Below, one piece after another: positions 37,601 through 47,961 of a stretch of 64,000 bases of DNA (position 1 is the first letter of the stretch; every line of letters starts with the position of its first letter). The DNA comes from Thiotrichaceae bacterium (GTDB lineage Bacteria; Pseudomonadota; Gammaproteobacteria; Eutrophobiales; Eutrophobiaceae): positions 4,775 through 68,774 of the forward strand of contig DUBV01000063.1 in assembly GCA_012960105.1 (NCBI GenBank). Reading direction: 5' to 3'. Position numbers and translations under genes: made by a program. The notes under the pieces were generated by a model. The model saw nothing but the letters and a program-made list of their open reading frames with translations. It made no database searches and was not told the origin of the DNA.

Positions 37601-39161
37601 GTTGTTTGAAATAGTCATATAACAATCGCGAACGATTTGATAACACAGCAAGTGCAGCATCGGTACCCATAGAACCCGTCGGTTCCATGCCATTCGCTGC
37701 CATTGGCGCCATTAAGACTTTTAGATCTTCATGGGTATAACCAAACGCTTGTTGGCGTTGTAATAAGGTTTCTGCATCTGAACCATGAATCTGTTTTGGA
37801 TTCGGTAGATTCTCAATCGCCATCAGGTTCTTTTTCAGCCATTCGCCGTACGGATGTTCATCAATAAATTCCTTTTTAATTTCTTCATCACCGATGATGC
37901 GACCTTGTTTGGTATCGACCATAAAGATACGACCGGGATGCAGACGATCTTTTATTTTTACATTCTCTGGTGCGACTTCGAGCACGCCGACTTCTGACGC
38001 CATGATAACTTTGTCGTCATGGGTAACGTAGTAACGTGAAGGACGTAATCCATTTCGATCTAATACGGCACCAATCACTTCACCATCGGTAAACGACAAT
38101 GACGCTGGGCCATCCCAAGGTTCCATTAAAGTTGCGTGATATTCGTAAAAAGCCTTACGTTCGTCATCCATGGTTTCATGACCTGACCATGCTTCCGGGA
38201 TCATCATCAATACCGCATGCGGTAATGGACGACCGGCCATGTGTAAAAATTCCATAACGTTATCAAAGGTTGCTGAGTCACTAACACCTTCTACTGCAAT
38301 CGGAAATAGTTTTTGTAAATCATCACCGAATAAATCTGATTCACACAAGGCTTCTCGTGCACGCATCCAGTTGGCATTACCACGGACGGTATTGATTTCG
38401 CCATTGTGCGCGACATATCTAAAGGGGTGTGCCAGTTTCCATGCCGGAAAAGTATTGGTTGAGAAACGTTGATGTACTAGTGCTAATGCGGTTTCAACAT
38501 CCGGATCGGATAGGTCCGGGAACATCGGTTCAATTTGGGAACCGGTTAACATACCTTTATAGACAAAGGTGCGATATGACAATGACGAGAGATAGAACAA
38601 ATCGAGTTCGGATAGTTCTGAACTCCAGATTTCATTCTCTACGAGTTTACGAATGACATAGAGTTTGCGATCAAATGCAGGGGCATCGAGCTTGTCATTC
38701 TTGGCAATAAAAATTTGTTTGAAGGTAGGTTCACCTGCTTTTGCGGTGGGACCTATTAATGAATCATCAGTGGGTACATCGCGCCAACCTAATAGAGTTT
38801 GTCCTTCTTCTTTAATAACTCTTTCAAAGATGTCCTGACATTGTTTTGATTGAGCTGGATCGGTTGGCAAGAAAACCATGCCCGCGCCATAACTATCTGA
38901 CTCGGGTAGGTCGATGTCTATTTCTGCACAGACACGTTTGAAAAATTTATGTGGTTTTTGAATCAGGATGCCGACTCCATCACCAGTATTTTCTTCACAA
39001 CCGCAAGCGCCGCGATGGATTAAGTTTCTTAGGATGGTTAATGCATCATCAATAATCTCGTGGGATTTCTGTCCCTTTATATGTGCTACAAATCCGAGGC
39101 CACAGGCGTCTTTCTCTGTAGATGGGTCATATAAACCTTGCTGTTTAGGCGGTTGCTTCAT
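34605..39161 (-). CDS. gltB: Glutamate synthase large subunit
   Basis: 1518 aa. Ntn amidotransferase start ...[18 protein letters not shown]/Fe-S central domains, GXGG-repeat C-terminal beta-helix. Confidence 0.95.
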   Translation of the reverse strand: MKQPPKQQGLYDPSTEKDACGLGFVAHIKGQKSHEIIDDALTILRNLIHRGACGCEENTGDGVGILIQKPHKFFKRVCAEIDIDLPESDSYGAGMVFLPTDPAQSKQCQDIFERVIKEEGQTLLGWRDVPTDDSLIGPTAKAGEPTFKQIFIAKNDKLDAPAFDRKLYVIRKLVENEIWSSELSELDLFYLSSLSYRTFVYKGMLTGSQIEPMFPDLSDPDVETALALVHQRFSTNTFPAWKLAHPFRYVAHNGEINTVRGNANWMRAREALCESDLFGDDLQKLFPIAVEGVSDSATFDNVMEFLHMAGRPLPHAVLMMIPEAWSGHETMDDERKAFYEYHATLMEPWDGPASLSFTDGEVIGAVLDRNGLRPSRYYVTHDDKVIMASEVGVLEVAPENVKIKDRLHPGRIFMVDTKQGRIIGDEEIKKEFIDEHPYGEWLKKNLMAIENLPNPKQIHGSDAETLLQRQQAFGYTHEDLKVLMAPMAANGMEPTGSMGTDAALAVLSNRSRLLYDYFKQLFAQVTNPPLDGIREELVTQVAITIGPEGNLLKPAPESCRRIKLNSPVITNEELAKIRDVNLPGFKTKTIPILYAVAEGGAGLDKVLEEVYTQVDKAIEDGYTNVILSDRGIDENKTAIPALLATAGVHHHLIRNGQRTRIGLVLESGEPREVHHFAVLLGYGIGAVNPYLAFESLGALIGNGQLPQMDHQKAVGNFIKAVNKGLTKIMAKMGISTVQSYCGAQVFEAIGLEKAFVDKYFTWTASRIGGIGLDVVAKEMNQRHHNAFPGREVKKPDLEWGGEYQWRRDGEYHLFNPDTVFKLQHATRSGQYKVFKEYTNLVDDQSENLATLRGMFEFKFAKKAIPLDEVESIETIMKRFSTGAMSYGSISRGAHETLAIAMNRLGAKSNTGEGGEDSGRYTRDENGDLRRSAIKQVASGRFGVTSEYLTNADDIQIKMAQGAKPGEGGQLPGAKVYPWIAKVRGSTPWVDLISPPPHHDIYSIEDLAQLIHDLKNSNPGARIHTKLVAEIGVGTVAAGVAKCHSDVILVSGYDGGTGASPVSSLKHAGLPWELGVAETQQVLVMNGLRDRIVLQTDGQLKTGRDVVIATLLGAEEFGFSTAPLVVMGCIMMRVCHLNTCPVGVATQNPELTRKFTGQPEFVENFFKFIAEEVREYMAELGFRTIDEMIGQVDKLDTKKAVDHWKAAGLDFTNILHKAELRPGDKYYCVKEQDHGLERSLDMTKIVPLSKAALENKEKVDIILPVLNTDRTVGTILGHNITKRYGVEGLPEDTINIHFNGSAGMSFGAFIPKGITMTLEGDANDYLGKGLSGGKIIVYPPRKSTFVAEENTLVGNVLLYGATQGEAYFRGLAGERFCVRNSGAKAVVEGVGDHGCEYMTGGAVVIIGKTGRNFAAGMSGGEAYVLDEDGDFEIRCNTGMVGLEKIVEAEDVEKVKTLLANHIQYTQSTVAEKILENWKDYQGKFVKIMPIAYKKVLADIKRGREKGLTEEEAIMEAANG

Positions 39162-39526
39162 TCTGAGTTCACTCTAGTTTAATAATATTTTTATTTAACC
39201 ATCTCGTTTAACACATGATGGCTAGAAAACCTGCTGAGAAAGTTAGGGGTATCACTTACAGGAAAAACCTGTAGGACGGCTTCGTTATTCTTATATTTAT
39301 TTCGAATCTAGCTTTCCATACCCTTACGAAAAGGGGGGAGAATTATAGTAAAGCAACGTGTTTATGTCACGATGCAAGCGTAATTATTCTTTAAATGAAG
39401 CTGAATATGGATTTAGAGTATTTTAGAGGCGTATTGCGTAATTAGAGTACAATATAGCTATTTTTTAAAGAACTTAAGAGATTTAAATCGAAAATATATC
39501 TATTTAGTACTTATTTAGATTGGCTA

Positions 39527-41149
39527 TTACAGCAAATCTTTAATGCTTTGGACGCTTCTAGGCCATGGAGCCATTAATTTTGCTTTTGTCGGCAGACTAT
39601 CTATCGCTGCGACAGCTTGATCACGATTAGCGTAAAGACCGTAAATTAGTACATGCCATTTCTTGCCTTTGTTTAGAGCCGTAAATGATATTATTTTATC
39701 ATCATTGTTTTTAAAGGCTTTTAAATAGACATCTATCGTCTCTTGTTCATAGGCACCAATTAGCTGTAAGACATATTTTTTCGGATCTTGTTTTTTTAAC
39801 CACTTAATATCTTTTTTGATTGCTTCTGACTTTTCTTCTACTTCAGGTTCTGGTTTAGGTTCTATAACCTTTACTGATTCAGGTCCAGCTTCGGATTCTG
39901 GCTCAGGTTCTGAAATTACTATAGGCTCGGAATTTATTTCTGGTTCTGGCTCGGGAATAATTTCCTTATCGGGGATTGATTTAGAAAAAGGCACGCTGTC
40001 TTTAATGATTTCTTCTACAATTTTTTGCTCTACTATCTTTTCTTCTTTGAGTTCTTCTTTTATTTTTATTATTTCCAGATCAGATTCTTTAGCAATTAGG
40101 TTACCTTGCGCATTAAAAACAAGCACCTCTGTTTTATTATTTAAGTCATCCGCAATTTCAGCAATAACCGACGGCGACAATTCTTCGATCGTTACCGGCT
40201 CTGGTTCCATATCTTCTGGCACTTCTACTTTGACGATGTCATCGTTATTAACTTCATCTTCGTTTAGTTTTGGCAACTCTAATTTTATAGTTTGTTTTAC
40301 GTTGTCTGTTTGATTTAATATCATAGCAACGCTAATTGATAGCGACATTAATAACGTAACGACGATCAATACCGACTTATTTTTTAATACAATTTCTTTA
40401 ATATTTATATTTAAAGAAGGCTTTTTCTTTTCTTCTATCGCTTCTGGTTTTTTTGCAGGGTCATTTAAATATTGTTCGCACAAGGCATTTATTCTGCCGA
40501 GTAAACCATGTGATATACGATGTATTTGTTTAATGGTTTTTTCATCAAACAATTTAAAGTCTGTAGAACCCTCTGATGGATAATTACTATGGATATATTG
40601 TTCTGCCTGTTTTTCACTTAAACCAGGCATTTCAATAATATGTAAACTGTCCGAATCTTTTTTATTTATTTCAGATTCTTCCAGCCGTTCCAGAAATGAT
40701 GGCTCGCAAAAAATACAAACATGTAGGACCGCAGCTTCATTGGAAGCATCCAATATATTAAGTAAAGTTCCTAATAAATCATCATCAAAAAGATCAGCGT
40801 CATCAATGAATAATGCCGGAATTTGTTGTTTATTTTGGCAACGAGTTAACCATTGATTTAACTCTACCTGACTATATGTTGGCTCTTGTAAAGCATCATG
40901 CTTATCATCGTCAATGAGAGCCTGAAAAATATCATTTGTATTAGTGAGTGGACTACCCGTCAAATTTCTGATGATTAAATTTGATTCGTTTTTACGGATT
41001 AATTCTTCGAAGAATGTCGACTTTCCTGAGTCAGGCTCGCCTTTAACAACAACAAGTTTGTCGCTGTATTCCAGCAAATGCAAAATTAGCTCACTACGGT
41101 GTGTTAATTCCGGCGTAATAAAATTACTTTGTTTTTTTTCTTCAGCCAT
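39527..41149 (-). CDS. ExeA-like AAA ATPase - TM - acidic Pro/Glu linker - SPOR domain protein (DamX/PA5037-type position)
   Basis: Walker A GEPDSGKST, FIDDADL Walker B, one TM helix (VLIVVTLLMSLSISVAMIL), EPEPE-rich linker, C-terminal SPOR (YVLQLIGAYEQ...WHVLIYGLYANRDQA). Confidence 0.7.
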   Translation of the reverse strand: MAEEKKQSNFITPELTHRSELILHLLEYSDKLVVVKGEPDSGKSTFFEELIRKNESNLIIRNLTGSPLTNTNDIFQALIDDDKHDALQEPTYSQVELNQWLTRCQNKQQIPALFIDDADLFDDDLLGTLLNILDASNEAAVLHVCIFCEPSFLERLEESEINKKDSDSLHIIEMPGLSEKQAEQYIHSNYPSEGSTDFKLFDEKTIKQIHRISHGLLGRINALCEQYLNDPAKKPEAIEEKKKPSLNINIKEIVLKNKSVLIVVTLLMSLSISVAMILNQTDNVKQTIKLELPKLNEDEVNNDDIVKVEVPEDMEPEPVTIEELSPSVIAEIADDLNNKTEVLVFNAQGNLIAKESDLEIIKIKEELKEEKIVEQKIVEEIIKDSVPFSKSIPDKEIIPEPEPEINSEPIVISEPEPESEAGPESVKVIEPKPEPEVEEKSEAIKKDIKWLKKQDPKKYVLQLIGAYEQETIDVYLKAFKNNDDKIISFTALNKGKKWHVLIYGLYANRDQAVAAIDSLPTKAKLMAPWPRSVQSIKDLL

Positions 41150-41214
41150 AAATCCATTTGCAAATTAGATGCTTAATATTTTTAGAGTAAAATCTCAACT
41201 ATATTTCTTACCCA

Positions 41215-42357
41215 TTAATTACTACTAATTCTGTCATGTTCGGAAAAGGCAAAGCGATCTGTCATTCCCGCTATATAATCTGCTATTAACCTTGTGGTCT
41301 GCATCTTATCTATTTTATTTGACTCGGAGCTTATTACTGCCTGCAATTCATCCGTTAATAACTCTGGCATGGTCATATAAGCATTAAACAGATAATCTAT
41401 TGTTTCTTTTGCCTGCTCGGCCATAAGATTAACACGCTCATGACGGTATAAGTTGTCGTGTAAAAACTTCTTCAAAGCTTTATGCATAGACTCCGTTTTT
41501 TTGCTCATCCTGATTAATGATTTACCACACTTTCTCACATCATCTATATCGATTGGGCTCACACTAGTAATTAGTTCTTCGCTTGTTTCAATTAGGTCAC
41601 TAACAACATAGTTAATCATCCTTCTTATGATCTCATGACGTAAGTGGCTACCGCTTAGATCCGGCCATTTTTCTTTTACTCTCTTGTAGTGAATATCGAC
41701 AAGCTCACATTTGCGTAGTGATTCGATATCTAACAAACCGGCTCTTAAGCCATCATCTATATCATGGTTGTTATAGGCTATTTCATCCGCAATATTTGCT
41801 ATCTGCGCTTCTATTCCCGGCTTTTCATTATTTATAAAACGTTCACCTATTATACCGAGTGTCTTAGCGTTATTTTTTGAACAATGTTTTAATATTCCTT
41901 CTCGAGTCTCAAAGGTTAAATTTAAGCCGGGAAAGATGGCATATCGTTTTTCTAGTAGATCAACAATTTTTAATGACTGAAGATTGTGTTCGAAACCGCC
42001 GTAGTCTTTCATACAAGCGTTCAGGGCATCCTGACCAGCATGGCCGAAAGGCGTATGTCCAAGATCATGCGCCAAACAAATTGCTTCGGTTAAATCTTCA
42101 TTGACGTTTAATGCTCGCGCAATTGTTCGCCCTATTTGCGCTACTTCAATTGAGTGCGTTAGACGAGTACGAAACATATCGCCTTCGTGATTTACAAATA
42201 CCTGAGTTTTATATTCCAGACGACGAAAAGCGGATGAATGAATTATACGGTCTCGATCTCGTTGATACTCATTACGATATTCGGAACCATCATCCTTATG
42301 CACGCGTCCTTTTGAATTTTCGGAGCGTGCCGCATAAATCGCTAACTCATTCGCCAC
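41215..42357 (-). CDS. dGTPase-like deoxyguanosinetriphosphate triphosphohydrolase family protein
   Basis: HD domain: RTRLTHSIEVAQIGR...AHDLGHTPFGHAG. 380 aa. Confidence 0.85.
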   Translation of the reverse strand: MANELAIYAARSENSKGRVHKDDGSEYRNEYQRDRDRIIHSSAFRRLEYKTQVFVNHEGDMFRTRLTHSIEVAQIGRTIARALNVNEDLTEAICLAHDLGHTPFGHAGQDALNACMKDYGGFEHNLQSLKIVDLLEKRYAIFPGLNLTFETREGILKHCSKNNAKTLGIIGERFINNEKPGIEAQIANIADEIAYNNHDIDDGLRAGLLDIESLRKCELVDIHYKRVKEKWPDLSGSHLRHEIIRRMINYVVSDLIETSEELITSVSPIDIDDVRKCGKSLIRMSKKTESMHKALKKFLHDNLYRHERVNLMAEQAKETIDYLFNAYMTMPELLTDELQAVISSESNKIDKMQTTRLIADYIAGMTDRFAFSEHDRISSN

Positions 42358-42367
42358 TATATAGTCC

Positions 42368-43447
42368 TCAGCTTAGAAAGTGATTAATCGTTTCTTTTAA
42401 AGCTTGTTCGGTATAGTCAGAAGTAACAAAAACATTACCGATATCGTTCAATAATATTAAATATAAAACACCATCTCTGGATTTTTTATCGACTTTCATG
42501 TTCTCAAGCATTTGTTCAAGACTCACATCTTTATGAATTTGCGTAGGTAAATTTGTTCTTTCTAGTAATGATCGAATTCTATCAACTTTTGCCTCTTCGA
42601 TTAGTCCTAATCGCATCGATAAATCTGCTGCCATTAACATGCCACAACCAACCGCTTCACCATGCAACCATTCTTTATACGACAACGCTGTTTCTATAGC
42701 ATGGCCAAAAGTATGTCCGAGATTTAATATCGCTCGAATCCCTGACTCTCTTTCATCTTCTGCAACGACTTCAGCCTTATTAACACAGGAACGATTGATT
42801 ATGTATTCCAGTGCATCATCATCACGCTTCCTGACTAATTCAATATTTTCTTCCAGCCAATCATAAAACTCTATATCTCGAATTATTCCGTATTTAATAA
42901 CTTCTGCCAGGCCTGCTGATAATTCTCTATCTGGTAAAGTTGAGAGTACTTCTGTATCAGCAAATACAGCAACAGGTTGATGAAACGCACCAATCATATT
43001 TTTACCCAGGGGATGGTTCACTGCTGTCTTTCCACCGACTGATGAATCAACCTGTGCAAGTAAAGTTGTCGGTACTTGTATGAACTTAACGCCACGCTGA
43101 TAACACGCCGCTGCAAAGCCGGTTAAATCACCAATCACACCACCACCCAATGCGATTAATATGCAGGTTCGACTGTATTTCTTTTCCATCAATCGACTAA
43201 TTATTTGATTAAAACTATCGAGAGATTTATATGTTTCTCCATCTGGCAATATTAATGCTTCATAATTTACATTACTTAAATGACTTTCAATTTGAGATAG
43301 ATATAGAGCCGCAACCGTCTCATTGGTAACGATCAATACCTGATTACTTGTAACATGTTGTTCAAACAAGGCTTTGTCAGACAGGACAGATTTTCCAATA
43401 TATATTGGATAACTACGTTCAGCTAAATCAACTTCAATTGCTTTCAT
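42368..43447 (-). CDS. aroB: 3-dehydroquinate synthase
   Basis: GGGVIGDLTGFAAA, VPTTLLAQVDSSVGGKT, LNLGHTFGHAIE motifs. Overlaps aroK by 14 nt. Confidence 0.92.
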   Translation of the reverse strand: MKAIEVDLAERSYPIYIGKSVLSDKALFEQHVTSNQVLIVTNETVAALYLSQIESHLSNVNYEALILPDGETYKSLDSFNQIISRLMEKKYSRTCILIALGGGVIGDLTGFAAACYQRGVKFIQVPTTLLAQVDSSVGGKTAVNHPLGKNMIGAFHQPVAVFADTEVLSTLPDRELSAGLAEVIKYGIIRDIEFYDWLEENIELVRKRDDDALEYIINRSCVNKAEVVAEDERESGIRAILNLGHTFGHAIETALSYKEWLHGEAVGCGMLMAADLSMRLGLIEEAKVDRIRSLLERTNLPTQIHKDVSLEQMLENMKVDKKSRDGVLYLILLNDIGNVFVTSDYTEQALKETINHFLS

Positions 43448-43925
43448 TTGTTTCTATTAATTTTAATATCTTATTTATTATTTGTTTAATACCTAAATCA
43501 TGCGTATCAATTATTTCGTCTGCCATGGACAGATAATAGGGTTCTCTTTCACTCAAAATCTTTTTTATCTGGCCTAGTCGATCTTCAGTTTGCAGCAAAG
43601 GACGACGCTTATCTTCTGCCGTTCTCTTGAATAATTTTTCAGCCGTTGATTTCAAATAGATGATCGTTCCATTGTCTTCCAATGCTTTTCTATTCACCGG
43701 TGATAATACCGAACCACCACCTGTTGATAAGATTATATTTTTCAATGATACCAATTCCTCAATCACTTGAGTCTCGCGTTTTCTGAAACCTTCTTCACCT
43801 TCTAACTCAAATATTAAAGGGATATCAGCTCCTGTACGCTGTTCAATTTCATAATCAGAATCATAAAACTGGCTTGATAATTTCTTTGCTAATTGCCTGC
43901 CGATCGTCGTTTTCCCTGCCCCCAT
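43434..43925 (-). CDS. aroK: Shikimate kinase (start problematic)
   Basis: MGAGKTTIGRQLA...FYDSDYEIEQRTGADI...GEEGFR is colinear with E. coli AroK. The first ATG lies inside the Walker A motif (see findings). Confidence 0.85.
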   Translation of the reverse strand: MGAGKTTIGRQLAKKLSSQFYDSDYEIEQRTGADIPLIFELEGEEGFRKRETQVIEELVSLKNIILSTGGGSVLSPVNRKALEDNGTIIYLKSTAEKLFKRTAEDKRRPLLQTEDRLGQIKKILSEREPYYLSMADEIIDTHDLGIKQIINKILKLIETNESN

Positions 43926-43933
43926 CGGCCCAA

Positions 43934-43947
43934 TTAAATATTAAATA
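43934..43947. repeat. 7-bp tandem duplication (ttaaata x2) at the aroK 5' end
   Basis: Read directly. Spans the in-frame TAA 5 codons upstream of the aroK ATG. Confidence 0.85.
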
Positions 43948-43985
43948 TTTCTCTATATCAAGAATAACTTATGTAATGGCAGATT

Positions 43986-44022
43986 ACTCCACTATAAACA
44001 AAAAAAGGGATGTGACCCAATG
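43986..44022 (-). terminator. Rho-independent terminator after pilQ
   Basis: On the minus strand: gggatgtgacc-attg-ggtcacatccc followed by TTTTTTGTTTAT. Confidence 0.75.
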
Positions 44023-44059
44023 GTCACATCCCTAAATTATGTAACGTATTTTTTTATTA

Positions 44060-46153
44060 TTAAATCGTTAAACTGTCTTTCAATATTTTAGGCGTAATAA
44101 AAATCAACAACTCACTCTTATTTTTATCAACAGCAGTCCGTTTGAATAGAAAGCCAACATAAGGTAAGTCACCAAAGAAAGGTGTTCTTGAAATTGATGT
44201 CGTATCAGTAGATGTATATACCCCACCTAAGACTATCGTTTCACCATTTTCTACCAAAACTTGAGTAGTAACGCTACGTGTATTAATAGCAGGAACACCA
44301 TTAAACTCAGCACCTACTGTATCCTGGTTTACTACTAAATCCATAATAATACGGTCATCAGGTGTTATCTGAGGAGTCACTCGTAAACTTAAAACCGCAT
44401 CCTGGAACGATGTACTGGTAGCACCACTAGATGAGGCTTCCTGATACGGAATTTGAACACCAGATTCAATCAAGGCTTCATGTTGGTTAGATGTTATTAC
44501 ACGTGGGCTAGCAATATCTTCTCCACGTCCTTCAGCTATTAATGCTGAAAGTTCCAATTGCAATAAGAATGAACCTACTTTACCAATAGCTAACGCTAAT
44601 GCTGAAGCATCGCCAGGAATAGCAGGTAAATCAACAATATAGTTTTCATTCGTTCCATCATTAAAGGTCGTTGTACCACCATAATCTACATTACCTGCTT
44701 GACCACCACCGATGGCGACGAAAGGGTCTGCAGGGTTTTGACCAATTGTTGCTCGATCTGAGGTACCTTGTTTTGAATGTTTACTGTAACCAAAACGCAC
44801 ACCGATATCTTTTGCAAATGACTCATCAGCATTAACGATACGTGATTCAATTAAAACTTGTCTAATTGCAACATCAAGTTCGCTAATTAAACCTCTAATT
44901 GCTTCAAGACTACTAGATATATCCTGAATAATGAGAGTATTAGTTCTTTCATCTGTTGAGACAGTTCCTCGTTCAGACAGTAAATTATTTTCTTCAGCTT
45001 GTATTAACCCCATCAAATTAGCGGCATCTGCATAATTTATTTGCATAAATTCGGTACGTAATGGCGCTAACTCTTCAACTTGACGATTTGCTTCTAGCTC
45101 TAGACGTTCACGAGCTGCCAATTCTTCTGAAGGTGCAACCATAATAACGTTACCACTTTGGCGCATACCTAGACCACGCGACCTTAAAATAATGTCTAAT
45201 GCTTGATCCCATGGAACATTTTTCAAACGCAGCGTTACATTACCACTAACCGCATCACTGGTTACCATGTTTAATCCTGTAAAATCAGCTATCAACTGTA
45301 GTATTGCTCTGACTTCAATATTTTGGAAATTAAGTGATAAACGTTCGCCCGTGTAACCGAATTTATCTTTATTCTGCTCTTCTTTTTCTGCTTTGGTTAT
45401 AGGCTTGAATTCAATTATGTATTGATTATCTGATTGATAGGCCAGGTGCTCATAATCTTCTGATACAGCAGAGATAGTCATTTTTACGTTATTACCGCTC
45501 GATACTGTATCTATTTCTTTAACTGGTGTTGCAAAATCTATGACATCTAATTTTCGGTCAAGATTAGACGGCAATTGCGCATCAAGAAAATCGACAATAA
45601 CTTTTCCGGCTTCTACACCCATATCAATTGGAATAGAAGAATTAGATAAATCAACAATAATTCTTCCCTCGCCATTTTCACCTCGACGAAAATCGATACC
45701 ATCAATACTTCCGACTGACGACACATATGATGAACTTGAGCCAGTCGGATTAGATGATTCTACGCCACTTTCCAGATTTAAGACTACAGTATTACCCATC
45801 ACTTCCATCGTATATGAAACTGTACGTGTCAAATTAATTACCACTCGTGTACGTCCTGCTGCTTCAACAGCACTCAGGCTGTTAGCCATTCCTATACCTA
45901 TAGTTTGAGTTTTTTCAGCTAGATTTAATGTTGTGCCAGGAAAATCAATAGCAATTCTTGCTGGATTATCTATCGTAAAATTCAGAGGATCCGCAGATAA
46001 TGCTTCTGATAAAACTAGTTTAATTTGCGCTCGATCACCAGGTAAGGAGGCAAAACTGACATCATCTAATGAAATAGCATAGACAGACGAGCCAACCAGA
46101 CTCAAGGCTATGCATAATATTAAGTGCGATAAATCTTCTAATTTAGTTTTCAT
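44060..46153 (-). CDS. pilQ: Type IV pilus secretin PilQ
   Basis: Signal peptide from the Met at 46153, AMIN-type N-terminal repeats, secretin C-domain ending ...LLIFITPKIL. Last gene of pilMNOPQ. Confidence 0.9.
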   Translation of the reverse strand: MKTKLEDLSHLILCIALSLVGSSVYAISLDDVSFASLPGDRAQIKLVLSEALSADPLNFTIDNPARIAIDFPGTTLNLAEKTQTIGIGMANSLSAVEAAGRTRVVINLTRTVSYTMEVMGNTVVLNLESGVESSNPTGSSSSYVSSVGSIDGIDFRRGENGEGRIIVDLSNSSIPIDMGVEAGKVIVDFLDAQLPSNLDRKLDVIDFATPVKEIDTVSSGNNVKMTISAVSEDYEHLAYQSDNQYIIEFKPITKAEKEEQNKDKFGYTGERLSLNFQNIEVRAILQLIADFTGLNMVTSDAVSGNVTLRLKNVPWDQALDIILRSRGLGMRQSGNVIMVAPSEELAARERLELEANRQVEELAPLRTEFMQINYADAANLMGLIQAEENNLLSERGTVSTDERTNTLIIQDISSSLEAIRGLISELDVAIRQVLIESRIVNADESFAKDIGVRFGYSKHSKQGTSDRATIGQNPADPFVAIGGGQAGNVDYGGTTTFNDGTNENYIVDLPAIPGDASALALAIGKVGSFLLQLELSALIAEGRGEDIASPRVITSNQHEALIESGVQIPYQEASSSGATSTSFQDAVLSLRVTPQITPDDRIIMDLVVNQDTVGAEFNGVPAINTRSVTTQVLVENGETIVLGGVYTSTDTTSISRTPFFGDLPYVGFLFKRTAVDKNKSELLIFITPKILKDSLTI

Positions 46154-46220
46154 GGCTTTATAACCTTTGAAATTAAGTTTAATTCTTCTGCTACTAAGCA
46201 TTTTAACACCACGTAATCGA

Positions 46221-46796
46221 TCACTCTTCTATTAGGGCGAGTGCTGCTTCCCGTTCTTCCCATCGGCCACCACTGTCTTGCACAATCTCTCTAAGTTCGA
46301 CCCGATCTTCATAAATATTGATAACCTTTCCTATATTCGCACCGATGTAATTACCAACGCTGACACGATGCACAACTCCATTAGGGTCTAGAACAATCGC
46401 CCAATTATTACTTTCATTATCAATAGTTCCCACCATACGCAGACTATCAAGTTCGAATTGTTCAAGTTCTTCACGATTTCTATTTCTAATTTCGCGTTCC
46501 ATCTCTTCAGTTAAGCCATCGTCTACAATGGCATCATCTGTGATTTCAGGCTTACTAATAACGTAAAATAGCTTGAATGGATTACGCGCATCTTCATTCC
46601 CGGATTGATATGCATACGCTTCATAGGGTTTAATTTCAGGTAACGGCTCGATACGACCACCAGGCCTTGCCATGATCTCAGCTACTTGATCTTCAAGAGA
46701 ACTTATATCTCTTGATACACAACCCGATAGAAAACTTACAGCCAATAAGCATATAACTGCTTGAATGAATCTATTTATCTGAATATAAAGTTTCAT
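46221..46796 (-). CDS. pilP: Type IV pilus assembly lipoprotein PilP
   Basis: Lipobox FLSGC after the Met at 46796. Conserved position. Beta-domain ...WAIVLDPNGVVHRVSVGNYIG. Confidence 0.8.
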   Translation of the reverse strand: MKLYIQINRFIQAVICLLAVSFLSGCVSRDISSLEDQVAEIMARPGGRIEPLPEIKPYEAYAYQSGNEDARNPFKLFYVISKPEITDDAIVDDGLTEEMEREIRNRNREELEQFELDSLRMVGTIDNESNNWAIVLDPNGVVHRVSVGNYIGANIGKVINIYEDRVELREIVQDSGGRWEEREAALALIEE

Positions 46797-46797
46797 T

Positions 46798-47394
46798 TTA
46801 ATTCTCTTCAAGTGCGCGATAGGTTTTTGCAACGGCTTTCATTTGCAATAAAGGCGTATCTGCTGGACCACCCTTCACAGGAGCAATACTAATATTATGT
46901 GTTGTAACAATTCGTGGTAATGCTGCAATGCCGCTAACAAATTCCCCGAACTGATGGTAACTTCCAACAACTGAAAGATTGATTGGTAATTCAGCATAGA
47001 ATTCTTTGGGGCTTTCACCACCAGGTTGGAAAAGTTTGAATTCCAAACCTGCAGCCAAACCAGTCTGAGAGATATCAATCAATAAACCAGCCACTTCTGT
47101 TTTGTTAGGTAACTGCTTAACCATGTCACCAAATGACTGTTGCATTTCCTTCATTTGCTCTTTAAGCGCATTTAGATTGGCAGCCTTTTTTTGCCTTGCA
47201 TCCAATATACCTATTTGTTCTTTTTCCTTTTTCTCCAAACCAGCCAATGCTTCGTTTTGTTTTGTGATATCAAATTTCCAACCAGCAAACAATATTGCGG
47301 CGAAAACAGCAGCAAAGACAACAGTTTTTACTGGCGCCGGCCATACACCCGGATTATTTGGATCGAGATTATTTAAATCATCTATTAAACTCAT
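46798..47394 (-). CDS. pilO: Type IV pilus assembly protein PilO
   Basis: Single TM helix plus coiled coil and ...LPINLSVVGSYHQFGEFVSGIAALPRIV. Confidence 0.85.
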   Translation of the reverse strand: MSLIDDLNNLDPNNPGVWPAPVKTVVFAAVFAAILFAGWKFDITKQNEALAGLEKKEKEQIGILDARQKKAANLNALKEQMKEMQQSFGDMVKQLPNKTEVAGLLIDISQTGLAAGLEFKLFQPGGESPKEFYAELPINLSVVGSYHQFGEFVSGIAALPRIVTTHNISIAPVKGGPADTPLLQMKAVAKTYRALEEN

Positions 47395-47397
47395 GGG

Positions 47398-47961
47398 TTA
47401 ATCAGCCTCCACAATCTTTGGAATCACCTGAGAAAAAGTAAGCGTAAAACTATTCACTGGTTTATTACCGCCCTCTTTGGATTCCTTAATGATTTTCAAT
47501 CTAGGGTTAGCTAACCACTTAGAACCCTCAAGCTTTCTCATAAAAGAGGAAACACCTGCATTAGATTGAGCTAAACCATCAATCGTAAGACCAGCACCTT
47601 TTTGCGTTATTTTCGTCACCGTCATACCTTCTGGCAAACTTGCTATTAACTCATCAAAAAATCTAACAATTAATGGTCGATTCCCTTGTAACTGCTCAAT
47701 CGCACGCATTCTAGACAACAGCCTCTCTTTCTCTTTTTCTAGTTCTTTTATTTCTTTAATTTTCTTATCAACTGCTGCAATATTTTGTTCAACATGACTA
47801 ATTCGAGAGTTTTCAACATCAATTAATTGAACATGATAATAGTGCACAGCACCCCAGGCAGCTGCAGCTAATACTGCAACAACACTAAGCATCATGATAA
47901 ATTGAGACTGTAGCTCCTTACGTTTTTCTTCACGCCAAGGAAGTAAGTTAATTGTAGACAT
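47398..47961 (-). CDS. pilN: Type IV pilus assembly protein PilN
   Basis: INLLPWREEKR N-terminal motif, one TM helix, coiled coil. Confidence 0.85.
   Translation of the reverse strand: MSTINLLPWREEKRKELQSQFIMMLSVVAVLAAAAWGAVHYYHVQLIDVENSRISHVEQNIAAVDKKIKEIKELEKEKERLLSRMRAIEQLQGNRPLIVRFFDELIASLPEGMTVTKITQKGAGLTIDGLAQSNAGVSSFMRKLEGSKWLANPRLKIIKESKEGGNKPVNSFTLTFSQVIPKIVEAD

Noticed and set aside
34590-39177. Numerous 60-107-aa ORFs antisense to or overlapping gltB (for example 35556-35756, 36511-36729, 38239-38472, 38968-39177)
   Set aside because: All lie within the strongly supported 1518-aa gltB frame. They are typical shadow ORFs of a long gene.
39816-40313. 165-aa Ser/Gly-rich plus-strand ORF
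   Set aside because: It is the mirror image of the Glu/Pro-rich low-complexity linker of the minus-strand AAA-SPOR gene. It has no independent start signals.
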